NCBI GenBank assembly: GCA_963789555.1 | Contig: CAWBKY010000004.1 | Span: 7,182-71,181 of the forward strand | DNA from: Methanomassiliicoccaceae archaeon | GTDB lineage: Archaea > Thermoplasmatota > Thermoplasmata > Methanomassiliicoccales > UBA472 | Direction: 5' to 3' | Length of the DNA: 64,000 bases | Shown: positions 1 through 11,800 of the stretch, piece by piece | Layout of the letters: every line of letters starts with the position of its first letter | How positions within the stretch are numbered: position 1 is the first letter of the stretch | Notes under the pieces: generated by a model | What the model saw: the letters and a program-made list of their open reading frames with translations, nothing else | Told to the model about the DNA's origin: nothing | Databases searched by the model: none | Program-made: the position numbers and the translations under genes

Positions 1-1273
1 ATGGTTCGATAATAACCGTCAGTAAGGGAGCCCCACAAGAGATAGCCGAACTGTCCAAGTTGGGCCATGAAGCAAAGAGAGATTACTTGACAAAGACGTG
101 AATGAATACGCTAAGAAGGGGTATCGTGCCATCGGCGTGGCAAGCGGTCCTGAGGGCCAAATCATGTTCAACGGGCTCATAGCCCTCAACGACCCGCCAA
201 GAGAGGACTCTGCGGAGACCATCTCAGAGGCTAAGCGGATGGGTGTGGATGTGAAGATGGTAACTGGAGACCATATCGCGATTGCTAAGGAGGTATCCCG
301 TCGTGTTGGTCTCGGGACCAATATCATCACCGGTGAAGTGTTTAGATCAGGAAAGGCTGATGATATGGGGGAGCAGGTGGAGAAGGCCGACGGTTTTGCT
401 TAGGTGTTCCCAGAGGACAAGTACAGGATCGTAAAGAGCTTACAGGACCGGGGGCATATTGTTGGAATGACTGGGGATGGTGTGAACGACGCCCAGCATT
501 AAAGAAGGCGGATGCCGGGATAACCAGTCGCGGGTGCCACGGATGCTGCCAAGTCCGCGGCGTCCATCGTATTGACCAGACCAGGCCTTAGCGTCATCGT
601 GGACGCATTAAAGGAGAGCAGGAAGATATTCCGAAAGATGAACAACTATGCCATATATCGAATCTCTGAAACGATGCGCGTCATCCTTTTCATTACTTTG
701 TCCATCCTCATTTTCCAATTCTATCCAGTTACAGCGCTCATGATAGTCCTCTTGGCGATATTGAACGATATCCCCATCATGACGATTGCCTATGATAATG
801 TCAAAATATCCAATTCCCCAGAGACATGGGACATGAGAAGGGTGTTGATAGTGGCTACCTTTTTGGGCGTCATCGGGGTGATATCGTCCTTCCTTATTTT
901 GTACATTGGTCTATATATAATCCATCTGAGCTTGATGGTGTCTGCAGTCCTTCATATATCTGAAATTGTCGGTATCCGGGCACCTCACTGTTTTCATCGC
1001 CAGGACAGAGGGTCACTTCTGGTCCGTCCCTCCCGCAAAGATATTGGTCATAGCGGTGGTAGGCACCCGGATAGCTGCTACCTTGATGACGGTCTTCGGT
1101 TTCATCCTCCCATCCATGGGGTGGGCATTGGCAGGGTTGATCTGGGCCTATGGCGTAGGTTTCTCCTGGTAACGGACACACTGAAGGTGTATCTATACCG
1201 ATACTTGGATCGTAAAAATGATAGGAAAGGGACATCGCCGAGTAAAAATACCAGTGAAAAGACCATCTCATAA
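1..1273 (+). pseudogene. P-type ATPase, plasma-membrane H+-efflux type (3' part, disrupted)
   Basis: Motifs DPPREDS, KMVTGDH, GFA*VFPEDK and MTGDGVNDA, then TM segment 'LLAILNDIPIMTIAYD'. In-frame TAG at 401-403 plus several frameshifts. Begins before the window. Confidence 0.8.
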
Positions 1274-1369
1274 GATGGAATGAGGGCTTTCCACCTTCAG
1301 ATAGATAGCCAAGTCCCATGGTTGAAACGTATAAAAAAAGACACATAAGAAACGAGAGACTGGATATTA

Positions 1370-2155
1370 GTACCTTCAAAGCGTACCTTGAGCGGCTTCG
1401 ATACTTGTGGAACTACCTCCCGGTCCTCGGAGAACATATGCGGAACACCACTGCGATCAGTCCACCCACGATTGGGCCGATCAGATATAACCAGTAATTC
1501 GTGAAATCAAGGAGGACGAGGTCGGGACCGAACAATTACAGCGGGATTCATCGATGCCCCACTGATCGGGCTGGCCCAAAGCCCAGCAAGAATGATATAA
1601 CCGCCCACTGCCAAGGCCGCCGCGGGTTCGACGCTTTGGGCCTTGGACGCAGTGCCAAGTATCACGCTCACCAGACCGATTGTCAGCACTATCTCCATCA
1701 TCAACACCTGAAGGTCAGTAATGCCTGGTCCTGGTTCGATCACTCCTATATTTCCTACATTTCCGAACATGGCCAAAAGGAATAGACCGGCTATGGTAGC
1801 CCCAACCAACTGTGCAATGATATATCCAGGCACACGTTTCCAGGGAAAGTCACCCCTTGCAGCGAAAGCAATGTTCACTGCCGGATTCAGATGGGCCCGG
1901 ATACATGACCAGTGAAAAGGATGATGGCCATCACCATAGGCCCAGGAGCGGAAACCTCTACCACGCGACCGATAGATTCCATGACTCACTTCATTTACTA
2001 CGGCACTCCCTGCTGCTACGAGGACCAAGAAGAAGGTCCCTAGTACCTCGCAGAACGATCTTTCACCATTCTAGTTTTGGGTTATCGAAATCCTTTATCC
2101 ATGGCACTTCCAATGCCGAGATGGCCTTGATGTATTGGTGAGAATGTTCATTCAT
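1370..2155 (-). pseudogene. MIP family aquaporin (disrupted)
   Basis: Two NPA boxes (HLNPAV, GASMNPA) and 'CEVLGTFFLVLVAAG'. TGA at 2063-2065 and frameshifts. 3' end approximate. Confidence 0.8.
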
Positions 2156-2515
2156 TCCCTGGCCTCCATGTCGGGAGAGCGTTTTGACCCAGGTATCATC
2201 ACCTACACGGTCTGCCGTAGCAATGACCTTCCGGGTTTGTTTTATGCTAATTGATTGGTATTTATTTCTTTCAAAAAATTGTCGGGCGATAAGTCGCCAT
2301 TGCCTATTTATTAAAAACACAGAAAAAAGCCAAACAATTAAGCAGTGCAGGCACATTTTATGATATTCCTGACCCAAGGACAGGGGCGCCGTTACCCGGC
2401 CCCACCTCCTCTCGTGGTGCCAGGGCCTAACGAAAACCCGAAAAACCAGCGATAATTATTCGCGTGCGAATAATAAAATTCTCCACGACTTCGCCAAGCC
2501 GGTATGTTAGAGATA

Positions 2516-2602
2516 TGGTGCAGGGGGTGCGATTTGAACGCACGGACCACTAAGGATAGGATCCTAAGTCCTACGCCGTTGGCCAAGCTTGGCTACCCCT
2601 GC
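2516..2602 (-). tRNA. tRNA-Leu(TAG), CCA encoded
   Basis: Reverse complement GCAGGGGTAGCCAAGCTTGGCC...GTAGGA-CTTAGGA-TCCTA...GTTCAAATC...CCCCTGCACCA. Long variable arm. Confidence 0.95.
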
Positions 2603-2631
2603 GTTATTGCCGCTGAACGTCTGAGGTATAA

Positions 2632-3081
2632 TTAACGCTTTTCACTCTCGCGGTCAAGGATGCCCTGAAGGAACTCCTGCGCGGAGCGCATGGCGTTCTC
2701 CCGCTTCTTAGGATAGCTCTCCACCTTGGCCCGGATGGCGATGGCATCGTCGGTCGTGGTCAGCGCCTTCACGCCGAGAAAGGCCTGCTGCTTGTCCAAT
2801 CGAGCGAACAGGAAGCAATCGTCGTCCAAACGCATCTCGAGCGTGTCGATCAGGGTCTGGACGTCCTTAAGGTCCAGGGTGCGGAAGAACTGCCTGGCCG
2901 CCTTCTTCTCCCTCAAAGCGCCTTCCATTATGACGATCTTGTTGCCATGGTGCCCTTCGGTGACGTCCCTCTCGAACTCCTCCAGCCCAGAGACGAACCT
3001 CATGGCCTGAACGACCTTCTCCTCGTCCTCGGTGGCGTGCACGAAGGTGCGGAAGTGGACCGATGTGAATGCCATCCTCAC
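2632..3081 (-). CDS. Archaeal RNA-binding protein (COG1325-like)
   Basis: 'FVHATEDEEKV', 'EGHHGNKI', 'RLDKQQA' and 'KVESYP' pattern typical of the family. Confidence 0.8.
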   Translation of the reverse strand: MRMAFTSVHFRTFVHATEDEEKVVQAMRFVSGLEEFERDVTEGHHGNKIVIMEGALREKKAARQFFRTLDLKDVQTLIDTLEMRLDDDCFLFARLDKQQAFLGVKALTTTDDAIAIRAKVESYPKKRENAMRSAQEFLQGILDRESEKR

Positions 3082-3118
3082 CCCATCCTCGCCCGGGTAA
3101 TAATATCCTCGCAGGCGG

Positions 3119-4223
3119 TCATCGGACCGGCATCACCTTCTCCTTGCCATAGCCTACGATCACCCGCCGATAACCTCCAAGCTCCCTATCCAGCTCAGCG
3201 TCCCCGGTGTCCACCCGCAACGCCCTGATGCCGCTCAGCTTGGAAGGGGTCGCTACCACGATGATGTTGTCCAGGCCCACCCTTCGGATGACCTTCGGGG
3301 AGATCTGTTGGTTGCCCCGCCCGAAGATGAAGCCCTGCGCCCCTATCGGCGTGACCACGATCTTGACCCTCTCATTGGCCTCCACCAACCGCATCAAGCC
3401 CGCCTCGTCGAGGTCCTTGGCGATGACCTTTCGGTCCAGCAAGGCATCCACGCCCAGAATGGTCTTCTCCTCGCCAAGCGCCTGGGCCAAGGCCCTGACC
3501 GTGGTCCCCGGCCCGAGGATGTACAGGGTACCCCACTCCAGCAGCAGTTGGAAGTACTCCCCCAGCGCCTCCTTCTCCTCGTCGTCGCCGCTCAGAGCGA
3601 TGGTCCCCTTGGGCGGCTGCATGAGCTGCGCCTCGTCCGGCACCAGCATGTAGCCTTTCAAGGTCGCCTGCAACCGGTCGGAGCGGAACGCCTCCTCATC
3701 GATGTCCATGACCTCGCCCTCCTTGGTCCCGATGTTGCCGTCCAGGAACTGTCGGAGCAGCTCACCCGCCGTCCGCGGCGTCGTGGCGAACACGCCCGAA
3801 TGCATCTTGACGCCCGAGGGGATGCCGATCACCGGAACGGCGCTGCCTACGGCGTCCATGACATCGATGGCCGTCCCATCCCCCCCGCAGAAAACTATCA
3901 GGTCGACCTTCTCCGCCAGGAACCTGTGGCAGGCCTCCACCGTATCCTTTCCTTCGGTCGTTCCCTGAGACCTCATAGACGACCCGATGGCCTCAGGCCA
4001 AGCTCCTTCAGCTATGTCCGCGCCCATGAGGACCCGAGGCGGTGACGATCTCGACCTCGTCCAATGGCAACGCGCTTGCGCAAGCGCCATCCTGGCCCGT
4101 TCCGGGGCGATCGGGACCGCACCTTTCCTCAGTGCCTCCTCCCTCGCCCTGCCATCGGTGCCCTTCAGACCGAGCGGTCCGCCCATGCCCGGCGTACGGG
4201 TTCACCACGAAACCGATCCTCAC
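3119..4223 (-). CDS. ATP-NAD kinase family protein (COG3199-like), one frameshift near the 5' end
   Basis: N-terminus 'RIGFVVNPYAG|MGG..GLKGTDG', then GGDGTA, 'GIPSGVKMHSGVFA' and 'FGRGNQQIS'. Confidence 0.85.
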
Positions 4224-4368
4224 AGCAGGCCTGATGCACCGGTGCAGCGATAAATCTAATCCAGTGTAGAAAAAGAAAAAAATTGGGGAGGTCATCGTGA
4301 GTTCGTCACAGTGTGGTGCGGTGGTGCAGGCCACCGCACCGGGGTCTCTGTGGTGAAGTTCGTAATTC

Positions 4369-5175
4369 TCATTGAGGCAACTGGGTCTTGGCGACCAGCG
4401 GCTCGAGCGGCATCTCGCAGGCCATCGGCCTGGGCGCGATGACGATCTCCGGCTCGCTGACCGGCGCCTTGGCGCTCTGGTTGTCGCGCATCCACTGGTC
4501 TATCTCGTGCTGGAACTGCTCCATGAAGGTCTGGGTCACCTTGCTGCAGAAGGACTCGATGAGCTTCATGACGTTGCGGTCGATGATCTCGAAGGCCTTG
4601 TGCAGGGGCTGGTTCTCCGCCACCTTGAGCAGCAGGTCGTTCTCCAGGACTATGGCGTTGGGGGTGATCTCCTTGAGCTTGCGCACCCCGTCCCTGGCCT
4701 TCTCGGAGCGCTCCCTCTCGAACGTGAACGGGTTTATGGCGATTACGAAGGTGAGGCAGTTCAGTTCCTTGGCGGTCCTGGCGACGACCGGCGCTATGCC
4801 CGTGCCGGTCCCGCCGCCCATGCCAGCGATCACGAAGGCGATGTCATGGCCGACCACCGCGTCGCGGATGGCCTTCTTGGCGCACTCGGCGCAGTACTCC
4901 CCCACCTCGGGGAAGCCGTTGGTGCCCCGGCCCTGGGTGACGTCCTTGCCGAGCAACAGCTTGGTGCTGGCGTTCACGCCCTTCAACGCCTTCTCGTCGG
5001 TGTTGATGGCGATGGTGTGCACGTTCTTGCGGCACCCGCCCTGTATGTTGTTCACGATGTTGTTGCCCGCTCCCCCCACGCCTATGACCGCTATCCTAGG
5101 CTCTGGTATGCCGTTGCATACGATGTTGAGGAGACGGTCGTTCGCCGCCATTTTCTCTATCGCCCTTGTATCCAT
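4369..5175 (-). CDS. FtsZ/tubulin-family GTPase, N-terminal domain only (268 aa)
   Basis: 'VIGVGGAGNN', 'AINTD', signature 'AGMGGGTGTG', 'PFTFE' and 'END.L'. No T7 loop or C-terminal domain. Confidence 0.85.
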   Translation of the reverse strand: MDTRAIEKMAANDRLLNIVCNGIPEPRIAVIGVGGAGNNIVNNIQGGCRKNVHTIAINTDEKALKGVNASTKLLLGKDVTQGRGTNGFPEVGEYCAECAKKAIRDAVVGHDIAFVIAGMGGGTGTGIAPVVARTAKELNCLTFVIAINPFTFERERSEKARDGVRKLKEITPNAIVLENDLLLKVAENQPLHKAFEIIDRNVMKLIESFCSKVTQTFMEQFQHEIDQWMRDNQSAKAPVSEPEIVIAPRPMACEMPLEPLVAKTQLPQ

Positions 5176-5298
5176 CCCTTACGCCCCCGCTAGAGTGTCC
5201 ACTAAGACACCGTTTACATGAAAGCCAGGCCCCCCAGCCTGGCCTATTGTGCATCCCATCCCTCCGCAGGTTCCCAAACCTCTGGAAGTAAGTACCGG

Positions 5299-5655
5299 TC
5301 ACAGTCGTGCGATGGCCTTCCTGGTCTCGTCGAAGCTGTTCTCCTTGACCTCTTTCAGCCTATCCTTGGGCAGGAAGAACTCGCGCAGCGCGTCCTCGAT
5401 GGCCGTATCTACGGACGAGTAGTACCCGTCCTCCACCATGCGATCGATGACGCCCTTGATCACGGCCGGTATTTTCGCCGCCGCCCGGTCCTTGGAAGGC
5501 TTGGTGGGCTGGAGCGATTCCTTCTCGATGTAGTAACGGAGCGCGATCCTCGCCAGATGCGACCGGTTGGAGAACTCGGGGTGCTTGGCGACGAAATCGT
5601 CGATGAGCTCCAAGTCCTCAGCGTCCAATCGCAGGGAGATGCGTTCGTTATCCAA
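5299..5655 (-). CDS. Double ribbon-helix-helix (CopG/CdrS-like) transcription factor
   Basis: 'ERISLRL...IDDFV...EFSNRSHLARIALR' plus a second unit 'AKIP...IDRMVEDGYYSSVDTAIEDALR'. Probable TTG start at 5655. Confidence 0.75.
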   Translation of the reverse strand: MDNERISLRLDAEDLELIDDFVAKHPEFSNRSHLARIALRYYIEKESLQPTKPSKDRAAAKIPAVIKGVIDRMVEDGYYSSVDTAIEDALREFFLPKDRLKEVKENSFDETRKAIARL

Positions 5656-5687
5656 CTTGCCCAGACTTCCTAGTCCCGGAGGACTGC

Positions 5688-5704
5688 GTATGACATTGTC
5701 ATAC
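5688..5704. promoter_or_regulatory. Perfect inverted repeat GTATGACA-T-TGTCATAC, candidate operator next to a TATA-like box
   Basis: 8-1-8 palindrome between the minus-strand TTTAAATA (5709-5716) and the RHH start codon. Confidence 0.6.
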
Positions 5705-5874
5705 AAATTATTTAAAGATATGCCGCTCGCCATCTGGCCGTCATATTTATGGCACAAGGGCGAGGGCCCGTTCCGCTCAAAGAAGAATCTGGCACATCCT
5801 CATCCCGATAAGGAGTGATGGAGAAATGATAATAAGACGCTTTTCCTTCTACCACGACGAACGAGAGTGAAGGA

Positions 5875-8759
5875 ATGCTGACCCGCTCCACCGACATCGA
5901 GGCCAAGTGGCAGGAACGCTGGTACGCCGAGAGGATCAACGAGGCGGACCGGGACGAGCGCGAGAAGTTCATGATCATCTTCGCCTACCCCGGTGTCACT
6001 GGCTACCTGCACGTCGGGCACATGCGCGGGTTCTCCTACGTGGATGATATCGCGCGGTACAAGCGCATGCAAGGGTACAACGTGCTCTTCCCCGTCGGCA
6101 CGCATGCCACCGGCAACGGCCCGATCAGCCTGGCCAAGCGCGTGGCCTCGGGCGACGAGGACATGATCGACTACCTGCGCCGCAACGGCTGCCCCGAGGA
6201 CGTCATACCCGAGCTCACCGACCCGCTGGCGGTGGTGGAGTTCTTCAACAAGGTCTACGTGGAGCAGTACTGGCGCCGCTTCGGCTTCCTGGCCGACTGG
6301 AGGCGCTTCGCCTGCACCACCCATCCCCAGTACGGCAAGTTCATCCAGTGGCAGTTCCGCAAGCTCATGGACGCGGGGCTGCTCATCCAGAAGCCGTACT
6401 ACTCTCCGGCGTGCATCACCCACGGCCCGGTGGCCATCGACGCCTCCGAGACGGACATCGCCTGCGGCGGCTGCGCCGAGACCACCGAGTACACGCTGAT
6501 GAAGTTCCGATGCGGCGAGCTCACGCTGCTGGCGGCCACCCTCCGCCCGGAGACCGTCTTCGGCCAGACCAACTTCTGGGTCAACCCCGAGGTGGAGTAT
6601 GTCAAGGTGGTGTGCGGCGACGAGATCTGGGTGATGAGCCGGCCTTGCTACGACAAGATGCTCTACCAGAAGGACCGGCTCAAGGAGGTCGGGACGATGT
6701 GGGGCGCTGAGCTCATCGGTCAGGATGTGCACCGCGCCCATGACCGGCCGGGAGATCGTCTGCCTGCCGGCCTCGTTCTGCGACCCGAACGTGGGCACCG
6801 GCCTGGTGGTCAGCGTGCCCTCGGACGCCCCGGACGACTGGGTGGCGCTGCGCATGCTGCAGGAGGACGAGGAGGCCTGCCTCCGTTACGGCCTGGACTG
6901 GGAGATGGTCAAGGCCATCGCGCCCATCGCCATCATCGAGACCAAGGGCTGGGGGCCCATGCCCGCCGTGGAGATCGTGGAGAGGATGGGCATCACCCGC
7001 TCCGGCGACCCCAAGCTGGTGGAGGCGAAGAAGATCGTCTACAAGGAGGGCTTCCACGCCGGGAGGATGAACCAGGACTGCGGCCAGTACTCCGGACTGC
7101 CGGTCGATAAGGCCAAGGAGGCCATGAGGCAGGACATGCTGCGCGCCAACGAGGCGGACCTGTTCTACGACCTCTCCGAGACGGTCATCTGCCGCTGCGG
7201 CGAGCCGGTGGTGATCAAGAAGGTGGACGACCAGTGGTTCATCGATTACGCCAACCCCATGGTCACCGAGCTGACCAAGCGGCACGCCGAGGGCATGCGC
7301 ATAATGCCGACGGAGTATCAGACCAACGTGCAGGGCGTCCTGGACTGGTTCCGGGAGCGCGCCTGCGTGCGCCAAGGGAACTGGCTCGGCACCCGCTTCC
7401 CGTTCGACGAGAAGTGGATCATCGAGGCCATCTCCGACTCCACCCTCTATCCCGTCTTCTATCTGATCTCGCCCTATGTCAACGACGGCTCGGTCAGGCC
7501 GGAGCAGATGGGCACCGAGTTCTTCGACTACGTGCTGCTGGGCAGGGGCGACCTGGACCACGTGGCCAAGCGCAGCGGCGTGGAAAGGGAGGTTCTGGAG
7601 CGGATGCGCGCCGACGTGGACTACTGGTACCCGCTGGACGTCAACCTGGGCGGCAAGGAGCACATGACCGTGCACTTCCCCGCCTTCCTGATGAACCACG
7701 TGGCCATACTGCCGCCGGAGAAGTGGCCCCGGGGCATATTCGTCAACTGGTACGTGATGAGCAAGGCCGGCAAGATATCCAAGTCCAAGGGAGGGGCCCA
7801 GCCCATACCGGGGGCGGCGGAGCTCTACGGCGTGGACAGCATGCGGCTGTACTACGCGCACATCGCCTCGCCCTTCGCCGACGTGGAGTGGGACGAGGAG
7901 GTGCTGGAGAACTACGTGGCCAAGATGGACCGCATCATGCGCACGGTGGAGGAGCTGTCCGCGATGGAGGAGAGCGAGGCCATCGAGCCCATCGACACCT
8001 GGCTGCTTTCTCGCATGAACAGCCGCATGGCCTCCATCGTCAGGGGCATGGAGCAGCTGGACCTGCGCAACCTGGCCGGGGAGGCGTACTTCGAGATCCC
8101 GAACGACCTGAAGTGGTACCTGCGCCGGGGCGGCAGCAACGGCGCCGTCGTCGGTCGGGCGCTGGACATGTGGGTCCGGGCCATGGCGCCGATCACGCCG
8201 CACACGGCGGAGGAGATGTGGGAGCACCTGGGCAAGGAGGGCCTGGTGGCCAAGGCCAGGTTCCCCTGCGCGGATGCGGCGGAGATGTCCCAGGCGGCGG
8301 AGCTGGCGGAGGACTACGTGCGCAAGCTCCTGGAGGACGTCAACGAGATCGTCAAGGTCACCAAGATCGCGCCGAAGCGGGTGCTGGTGTACACCGCCCC
8401 GGAGTGGAAGGAGAAGGTGCTGCAGAAGGCCATCGCGCTCTTCCGCGACAACGAGCTCAAGGTGCCCACGCTCACCAAGCAGGTCATGCAGGACGAGGAC
8501 ATCAAGAGGCATGGCAAGGAGGCGTCCGACCTGGCCCGCAAGATGGCGGAGGACCTGACGCGCCGTTCCGCGGACGAGGTGGAGCGCATGGCGGTGCGGT
8601 TCGACGAGCTCGGAGTACCTGCGCCAGGCGGAGGGCTTCCTGGCCCGGGAGCTGCAGTGCGAGGTGGGCGTCTTCGATGCCGCCGACCCGCAGCGGGTGG
8701 ACCCTCAAGGCAAGTCCCGCGCCGCCCAGCCCCGCCGGCCGGCCATCTACCTGGAATGA
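5875..8759 (+). CDS. leuS: Leucine--tRNA ligase (archaeal type), frameshifts at about 6720 and 8610
   Basis: 'AYPGVTGYLHVGH' (HIGH), 'AATLRPET', 'SVPSDAPDD', 'GKISKSKG' (KMSKS) and C-terminal 'PRRPAIYLE'. Confidence 0.95.
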
Positions 8760-8807
8760 TGCCGTTCCAGCCAAACCTTCTTTTTGTTACCTTGAAATAG
8801 CGGGACC

Positions 8808-11800
8808 TTGCTTCAATGGCCATTTCCGTCCGGAGCGGGTCCATTGCTGTTCAACCGTCTGGGTAAGGCCATCGTCCGACATCACAAGCTCATAATCGTC
8901 ATCTGGGTGCTTGCGCTCCTGGTGGCCATCCCCTTCGCGCCGCAGGCGTATGACGCCGTCATATACGAGGAGACGCAGGGCTCGTCGGAGCAGCAGCTGC
9001 CCTCGGAGGAGGCGCAGAGATGGATGGAGGACAACTTCGGCGACAGGGCCAGCACCGGCTCGACCATCATCGCCCTCACCTCGCCCGACGTGCTGGACCA
9101 GGACACCAAGGCCTGCGCGGACGAGATCACCATGGCGCTGATCCAAGCCTCCAGCCCGCTCAACGAGGATGCCAGCATCGGGTACTCCATCGAGGTGGAG
9201 AGCGTCTACACCGTGGTGCGCACCTATTCCACCGGTTTCCTGGGCCAGGTGAACCAGGTCTACTACACCTCATATAATGCCACCAACGCCACCCGGTACG
9301 TCATCTTCGGCGTGCCGCTGCAGTTCTGGTCCTTGTACAACCAGACGGAGGCGACGCAGGAGCTGGTGTTCGGCCTTCCCACCGATTACGCCGCCACCTG
9401 GGCCTACACCAATGAGAGCACCGGCGGCATGCTGTCGATCGAGGAGGTGGACGACCTCACCTACGGTACCATCTCGTCCGCGCTCCCCACCTCCGACCCG
9501 CTGGCCATCGCCTGGCTGGGTTACTATTCGGCCGCATGGAACGCCACCCGGGCCACGCCCTCGGTCGCCAACGACCTGACGCTGCGCACCCAGGTCGCCT
9601 TGGAAACGGGCTATGCCCCGTTCTCCGACGAGTTCCTTTCCCAATTGCCGCCCGAGCAATCCGCTTTCATCAACTCGGTCGAAAGCGGTTTCACCTTGGA
9701 CAACTGGACCTCGGTGCCGGACCGCAACGCCTTCGTCAATGACGTCTTCTTGCAGAACTTGGAACGGATGGCGGATGGTCTGCCCGAAGAACAGGCCGCC
9801 ATGCTCTTCGGTTACTATTCCACCTTCTACCATCAGTGGGACTCCTGGAACTCCACCCGCGTCCCGGCGGACATGAGCGAGTTCGAGGAGGTCGTCACCG
9901 CTTCCGTCTCCGCTTTCTCTTCCAGCTTGCCCACCAGGGAGGCCGAGGTGTTCCGATCGCTGTACGCTTTCCTGGGTTGGGAAGGACTGGCAGGACGACG
10001 CTCTGCTCGCAGAATACAATATAGGTCTGGTGGCAGCGGCGACCGAGGTGGAGCCATGGTTGGTGCAGGAGACCGCGGCCTTGGGGCCAACGCCCTCCTC
10101 CGTCCAGGTCTACGTGCTGGCCGGCCGGGTGGTGGACAACTCCTCGCTGAGCGCCTTCCCGCTGCCGCTGGTCCCGGCCATGGTGGACAACTTCGTCAAC
10201 ACGCCTGATAACAATACGATGATCATCGCCCTCACCTTCTACAACGATGATGGCGAGGTGGTCAGCGGGTCCCGCTACATCGAGCAGGTGCGCGCCGTCA
10301 TCGGTCCCATCGTCGACGAGCACCCCGAGGTCGATACCTACGTCACTGGCGGGGACGCCATCCAGACCGACATCGAGCTGTCGGTGGACGAGGACGTCTC
10401 CAGGATCGACCCGGTCACCATCATCCTCATCCTGGTCCTGATCGGGCTGTTCTTCCGTTCCTTCGTGGCGGCGGCCGTGCCGCCGATGATCATCGGCATC
10501 GGCCTGGGCATATCGTTCGCCTTGGTCTACTTCCTGGGCACGTACTTCATGGACGTGCACTACTCGGTGCTCACCATACTGCTGACCGCCTCGCTGGGCG
10601 CGGGCTGCGACTATTGCATATTCATACTTTCGAGATATCGGGAGGAGAGGAGGAAGGGATACGACAAGAAGGCGGCGGTGGAGACCTCGGTCACCTGGGC
10701 GGGGGAGGCGATCGCCACTTCCGGTCTCACGGTCATCATCGCCTTCGGCGCGTTGTCGCTTGAGCAGCATGAGCTACATCGCCTCCATGGGGGTGCTGGC
10801 CGTCGGCATCGCCTGCGCCCTGCTGCTGGCGCTGACGTTGCTGCCAGCCATCCTGGTGCTGCTGGGCGACCGCATCTTCTGGCCCAGCCGTTTCGATCGC
10901 GAGGAGAGGAAGGACAAGGAGAGCTACTTCACCCGCAGCGCCAGGTTCTCCATCAAGCATGCCAAGGCCCTGTTGATCGTGGCGGTGCTGATCACCCTGC
11001 CCACCACGTACATCGTCCTGACCACCCCCACCAGCTATGATTACATCGCCTCCATGCCCGACTCCGAGTCCAAGGACGGGCTGATGGTGCTGGAGGACGG
11101 TTTCGGGGGCGGAAGGATAATACCCACGTACGTGGGCATGGACCTCTCCTCCTCCGCGTACCTGGCGTCAGGGAGATGGAACGTCACCAACCTGGACGGC
11201 ATCGAGGGGCTTGTGCGCGGAACTGGCCTCCCTGGAGAACGTGGAGGAGGTCATCAGCCCCACCCGGCCGTACGGGGAGCCGATCGACTATGCCAACGTA
11301 TCCACCGACCTCACCATCCAATCCGTGCTGGACGACCAGTACATGCGGACCATGGTGGGGGAGAACAGCACCGCGATATTGATCACGGTGGTGTTCGTGC
11401 AGGAGCCCTTCTCGCCCGACTCCATCGAGAGCATCGACACCATCCGGGACCTGGTCGCGACCACCGTCTCCGCCGGAGGGATGTTCACCGCCGGTTACGT
11501 GGCCGGCGGGACCGCTACGATGTACGACCTGAGCGTGGAGACGAACGACGACTTCCTGCTCATAATCCCGGTGGTCATCGTGGCGATCTACATCGTCCTG
11601 CTCTTGGTGCTGGGCTCGGTGCTGAACCCGCTCCGCTCCATCCTGACCATACTGCTGTCCATCTCCTGGACCCTGGCGGTCACGATGGTCCTCTTCACCT
11701 ACGTGTTCGAGACGCCCATCATGTGGATGGTGCCGCTGATGCTGCTGGTGGTCTGCCTGGGCCTGGGCATGGACTATGACATATTGCTTTCCACGAGGGT

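Noticed and set aside
5875-8759. Split leuS or programmed frameshifting
   Set aside because: Similar single-base indels occur throughout the window, so assembly error is the simpler explanation.
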